Program-made: the position numbers and the translations under genes
The notes under the pieces: model-generated
The model's input: only the letters and a program-made list of their open reading frames with translations
What the model was told of the DNA's origin: nothing
Databases searched by the model: none
Shown here: piece after piece, positions 61,872-64,000 of the stretch
How positions within the stretch are numbered: the first letter of the stretch is position 1
Layout: every line of letters begins with the position of its first letter
DNA from: an uncultured Candidatus Saccharibacteria bacterium
Lineage (GTDB): Bacteria; Patescibacteriota; Minisyncoccia; Sungbacterales; HO2-52-23
Length of the DNA: 64,000 nucleotides
Assembly (NCBI GenBank): GCA_964501445.1
Contig: CAZCSJ010000001.1
Coordinates: 7,248-71,247, forward strand
Direction of reading: 5' to 3'

Positions 61872-63998
61872 ATGCAGATTACCCTTGCGACACCGCTCTC
61901 TTCTATTCCCAAAATCAGTGCGCGCATTCGGCCGGCGCTCGCGCGTCTCGGGATTCTCACCGTCCGCGATCTCCTTTTTCATTTTCCCTCGCGCTATGAC
62001 GATTTTTCGAATATGCGTCAGATCCGGAGCGTGGGGCTAAATGAAACCGTAACAGTGCAGGGAGTGATTGAACGCGTGAGCGCGCGGCGCACCGCAAAAA
62101 AGCACATGGCGTTGACCGAAGCCGTAATTCGCGACGGCTCCGGAGCGATACGCGCGATTTGGTTCAATCAGCCGTTTCTCGCGCGAACTTTAAAAGAGGG
62201 GCAGAGGGTAAGTATTTCCGGGAAAACCGCCCGCGGGGCGCAGGGCATCTATTTTCAGAACCCCGCCTACGAGCGCGCAAAACGAAATCTCCATACTGCG
62301 GGGCTTGTCGCGGTCTATCCGGAGAGTAAGGGCATCTCATCGCGCTGGCTCCGATTTCTTACGAAATCCTTCATGCCGCTCGCATCCTCCTTTCCCGATC
62401 CGCTTCCCTTAGAAACCCTTCGCAGGTATCAACTCCCCGGAGCGCGCGATGCCATCCGAATGATCCACTTCCCCAAGACCCTTGAAGAGGCAGAACGCGC
62501 AAAAAAGAGATTCCAGTTTGAGAAACTGCTTTTGATCCGGCTCCGGGCGCTCCGAGAGAAACACCTCTTGAAGAAAGAGGCGGCTCCGAGAATTCCCCTT
62601 GACCTTCCGCTCGTGAAATCATTCGTGGCATCGCTCCCGTTTGCCCTCACCGATGCCCAGCGCCGTTCCCTTTGGGAAATTCTGCAAGACCTTTCAAAGT
62701 CCCAGCCAATGAATCGGCTGCTTGAAGGCGATGTGGGATCAGGGAAAACCGTGGTGGCCGCCGCTGCCGCACTCTTGGTATCGCGCGCAGGGTTTCAGAC
62801 CGCGTTTCTTGCGCCAACGGAAATCTTGGCGCACCAGCATTTCGCAACGTTAGCGCAGGTACTCGCGCCATTTTCAATTTCCATGGGACTTCTCACAGGG
62901 ACTCACAAACGCTCCATGCCTTCCGATGATGTGGTGGTGGGCACCCATGCGCTCCTTCAAAAAGATGTACGCTTTGATCGCCTTGGATTTGTGGTGGTGG
63001 ATGAACAGCACCGGTTTGGCGTGAGGCAGCGCGCGGCTTTACTTCAGAAGCAAGAAGAAATCCTTCGACAAGCTCAGGATATATCTCCCGAGCAGAGTCG
63101 AGGGATACCCAAGAGTCAAGGAAGTATGTTGCTTCCGCATTTTTTATCAATGTCCGCGACCCCCATTCCGCGCACACTTGCGCTCACCCTCTATGGCGAT
63201 CTTGACCTCTCGCTCCTTGACGAGATGCCGCAGTCCCGGAAAAAAATTATCACCTCTATCATTCCGCCGTCCAAACGCGAAGACGCATATCATTTCATCC
63301 GTAAAGAGGTAGCCGCGGGACGACAAGTATTTGTCATCTGTCCGCGGATAGACGCCGAATCAGGAATCAGGAATCAGGAATCAGGAAAAGGACAGCAGCA
63401 ACTTTTGCTTTCAGATGTGAAGGCGGTGAAGGAAGAGTATAAAAAGCTTTCCGAGGAGATTTTTCCCGATCTCCGCGTGGGAATGCTCCACGGCAAAATG
63501 AAGGCAAAAGAAAAAGCGGATGCTATGGAACGATTTCGCAAAGGTGAAGCGGATATTCTCGTCTCTACCTCTGTGGTGGAAGTGGGCGTGGATGTGCCAA
63601 ACGCTACCCTCATGATGATCGAGGGCGCGGAGCGGTTTGGGCTCGCCACTCTCCACCAATTCCGAGGGCGCGTGGGCAGAGGGAGCGAACAATCATACTG
63701 CCTCCTTTTTCCTACTGAAGATGGTGTGGGCGCACAGCGCCTCCGTGCGCTTATGGAGGCAAACACCGGCTTTGAACTCGCGGAAAAGGACTTAGAGCTG
63801 CGCGGCGCAGGGGATCTCTTGGGCGTGCGGCAGTGGGGTGTGGAGAGCGATCTTATAGACGCGCTTCGGGATCAGGCGCTCGTACGGATAGTGAACCGTG
63901 AAGCAACGCTCCTCATGGCGCGCGACCCCTCGCTTGCCTCGTGTCCCCTCCTGAAACAGGCGTTGGAGAGCGCAGAAAAGCAGATACATCTTGAATGA
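61872..63998 (+). CDS. recG: ATP-dependent DNA helicase RecG
   Basis: 708 aa. OB wedge domain, helicase motifs GDVGSGKT, DEQHRFG, SATPIPRT and QFRGRVGRG. Contains repeat-derived in-frame inserts. Confidence 0.95.
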   Translation: MQITLATPLSSIPKISARIRPALARLGILTVRDLLFHFPSRYDDFSNMRQIRSVGLNETVTVQGVIERVSARRTAKKHMALTEAVIRDGSGAIRAIWFNQPFLARTLKEGQRVSISGKTARGAQGIYFQNPAYERAKRNLHTAGLVAVYPESKGISSRWLRFLTKSFMPLASSFPDPLPLETLRRYQLPGARDAIRMIHFPKTLEEAERAKKRFQFEKLLLIRLRALREKHLLKKEAAPRIPLDLPLVKSFVASLPFALTDAQRRSLWEILQDLSKSQPMNRLLEGDVGSGKTVVAAAAALLVSRAGFQTAFLAPTEILAHQHFATLAQVLAPFSISMGLLTGTHKRSMPSDDVVVGTHALLQKDVRFDRLGFVVVDEQHRFGVRQRAALLQKQEEILRQAQDISPEQSRGIPKSQGSMLLPHFLSMSATPIPRTLALTLYGDLDLSLLDEMPQSRKKIITSIIPPSKREDAYHFIRKEVAAGRQVFVICPRIDAESGIRNQESGKGQQQLLLSDVKAVKEEYKKLSEEIFPDLRVGMLHGKMKAKEKADAMERFRKGEADILVSTSVVEVGVDVPNATLMMIEGAERFGLATLHQFRGRVGRGSEQSYCLLFPTEDGVGAQRLRALMEANTGFELAEKDLELRGAGDLLGVRQWGVESDLIDALRDQALVRIVNREATLLMARDPSLASCPLLKQALESAEKQIHLE

Positions 63999-64000
63999 GT

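Overview
This 64-kb stretch reads like part of a streamlined, small-genome bacterium of the Candidate Phyla Radiation / Parcubacteria type. That is an inference from gene content: compact housekeeping genes, a type IV pilus plus comF locus, an archaeal/eukaryal-type ATP-dependent DNA ligase, a single-chain mitochondrial-type PheRS, rplK not followed by rplA, and a four-helix-bundle 'IVS' gene. I support about 60 CDS, most of them on the minus strand, and 5 tRNA genes: Gln-CTG, Asp-GTC, Met-CAT, an initiator-like Met-CAT and Arg-GCG. I found no rRNA, CRISPR array, transposase or integrase. Gene content in order: sufBC, dedA-like, ftsEX, prfB (classical +1 frameshift, invisible in the ORF track), hsp20, prsW, valS, tsaD, folA-thyA-tmk, rplK-nusG-secE, gyrB, PheRS, an LDT-like/PBP5-like fusion and cell-surface repeat proteins. 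Then gatCA, DNA ligase, and a ~13.5-kb type IV pilus locus (4 pseudopilins, pilD, major pilin, pilC, pilT, CheY-like receiver, pilin, pilB, pilO/N/M) with divergent comF. Then rny, a sigma-70 factor, gpmI, an NTase+NYN pair, clpP-tig, nusA, an MBL hydrolase, rpsA and recG. The strongest signal not explained by genes is saturation with several families of short palindromic or TIR-bearing repeats. One family fills whole intergenic spacers just upstream of start codons (5 copies). One sits directly after stop codons (3 copies). One is inserted in frame in valS, tsaD and recG. A 201-bp 100 percent identical module forms the 5-prime part of two adjacent pseudopilin genes. A P1-J-P2-J-P1' motif with a conserved GCGGGCATGGT core occurs 3 times. 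Three visibly AT-rich islets look accessory: a methyltransferase next to tRNA-Gln, the NYN gene, and a tRNA-Arg-adjacent islet carrying a 3-gene operon that ends in a minimal caspase-like protein. The last is my best candidate for an undescribed system. G+C statements are by eye, not computed. Repeat boundaries are +/- a few nt.
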